DNA from: Girardia tigrina
Lineage: Eukaryota
Length of the DNA stretch: 64,000 bases
Assembly (NCBI GenBank): GCA_001938485.1
Contig: MQRK01175485.1
Location: 1-64,000, forward strand
Reading direction: 5' to 3'
Below, piece after piece: positions 62,214 to 64,000 of this stretch (position 1 is its first letter; each line of letters begins with the position of its first letter). Position numbers and translations under genes: made by a program. The notes beneath the pieces were generated by a model, which was given only the letters and a program-made list of their open reading frames with translations, was not told where the DNA came from and made no database searches.

Positions 62214-64000
62214 AACTAAACAAAGGACTCTGAACATATCTATATACATATGTAGAAAATTATATATTGAAGATTGATTAAAAGTAGCACAAATCATCTT
62301 TAATGTCGATAATCTATAATATAATATAAGTTATTTATTTTACTTTAGTTTTTTATTAACCGAATATAAAGTATAGTTTCATTTCAAAATTCAGTATTTT
62401 AGTTTAGGCTTTGTTTATTTAATATATTTAATGTAAAGGTTTTTATTACAACTTTTTGATTCTATCATACTAATCTTAAGAAAGCAAATTCTGATGCTTA
62501 AAATTTATAATAATTTATAAAGGCTGGTAAGATCAGGGTAATGGTTATTTCTAGAAAATCCAAATGAAAAACCAGGTCATTTTAGGACTTAACCAGAAAT
62601 GGTATAAACATCTATTATTGAAGATATTCTTGTATCTTACGGTATTATTTTTTTTATAAAAGTAACTGAAGCATGATCGTTTGTTAAGCTATGAAATTCT
62701 TTTTTTTCGTAGGATAATGGCGAATCACATTTCGATTTGTAACAAAAAAAAGAAAATCTAAAAAGATCTTTTGAATAAATTATGCATACTAAATTAACTC
62801 TAAAAATAATTCTAGGTATAGTTAATGTGAAGAAGAACAAGTGTATCCAAAAGCAAATATCCAAGTTGGTGCATAAAACAGGCCTGTAGAGATTTTTTTC
62901 TTATAAATAAACTCGTTTTGTAAAAATAAATGGACAAAGAACAAATCAAATAATCCTTTCCAAAATATTTCACTTTAAAAAAAGAAAAAAAGATTTTTTC
63001 TTTTAAGAAAGAAAAGATTTTTGGTAGCAACAAATTTATCAAATTTAAAAAAACCGTAAAATATGATTAATTTAGATCATAAAGAAACGTAAGACTTTTT
63101 TATTGATATTCGAAAAGTTCAGAAATTCAATATTTATATGAAAATTTAATTTTTTTTATTATATTTAATATGCAAGATGACCAATAAATTTGTTCAAATG
63201 TTCATTTCATTTATTCAAGAATTAAAAAGGTCTAATTTTATACTGATAAAATAAATTTCATTGATTCTGCAATGTCTTCATTTAAGTTTTGAAAATAATA
63301 TCTAATTAGTTTAAGAAATTTTGAGTTATTTTGAGAACATTCTGTATGAATGATTTTAGCGTTTCAAAGCCTATTAAAATTGGAAGTTCGATTAATTTCT
63401 TTTAAGTTTCGTCGAATTTAATCTTTTATCAATGAAGAAAGACCAAAAATCAGAGAATTTAGAATCAACAATATTTGGTAATCGTTATATTCATCTTGAT
63501 TTTTTCGATATCAAACGATTCGGCACAGGATCTACATATATCTTCTATTCGTCGTGTCTGTTTCTGTATAACAAGTGGTGCCATCTTGTTATCATAACTG
63601 TGACCAGATTACCATTTTTATTTTTGCTTGTTTTCGAGCACTATTGATCTTTCTTTAATCTCATTACTAATAATGTTGTGGAAAAAATGCTCATAGAATA
63701 CTTACTTTTGGATTTATTGTGAGTTTAATTGATTTAATTACTATTGAAGTTTGAGAATAGTAAAAACATTCACAAAATGGATTTACGTAGGCTGTCAGAA
63801 AAGTTGTTAGCCTAACACAGATAAACTGCAAAAAGATAGATGTGTTAGAAAGTCATTTATGTCATATGAACACGTGTTAAATTTCATTTTGATGTGTCAT
63901 TTCTTTCTTTGTTTAAAAGCCATTGAAAATTGATTTGACATTGATCTTTTTAGTAATGGATAAATTCAAGAATCAGCGGTAGTTGAATATTTATTTATGA

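Overview
Very AT-rich, gapped draft sequence from an animal nuclear genome, not a prokaryote. Introns are either tiny (about 42-65 bp) or multi-kb and filled with transposons. The style fits a compact invertebrate such as the orthonectid Intoshia, but that is only an inference. Four host genes can be built by hand. (1) A nucleobindin (NUCB) gene, + strand, at least 6 exons, 1777-8808. (2) A complete 4-exon, 529-aa secreted-type membrane protein (signal peptide, unknown N-domain, EGF repeats, TSP1, TM), - strand, 21860-31910. (3) An intronless V-ATPase subunit F gene (- strand, 40180-40542) with a decayed partial duplicate next to it. (4) The first 4 exons of an SLC37A sugar-phosphate exchanger (+ strand, 43313-55495; the rest is not seen in the window). 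Most remaining sequence is nested, mostly decayed transposons: mariners, Tc1, pogo/Tigger (one near full length), several hATs, MULE, Chapaev3, a piggyBac-like MITE, Helentron-like elements, Penelope, RTE-like LINEs with C-terminal C2H2 fingers, and Gypsy remnants. One LTR family has about 7 copies. The most unusual observations are a GC-rich 21/73/146-bp satellite made of RFX X-box-like and CCAAT motifs, solo LTRs with TG...TA ends confirmed by 5-bp TSDs, a mini LTR element with 52-bp LTRs, and the orphan EGF-TSP1-TM protein.
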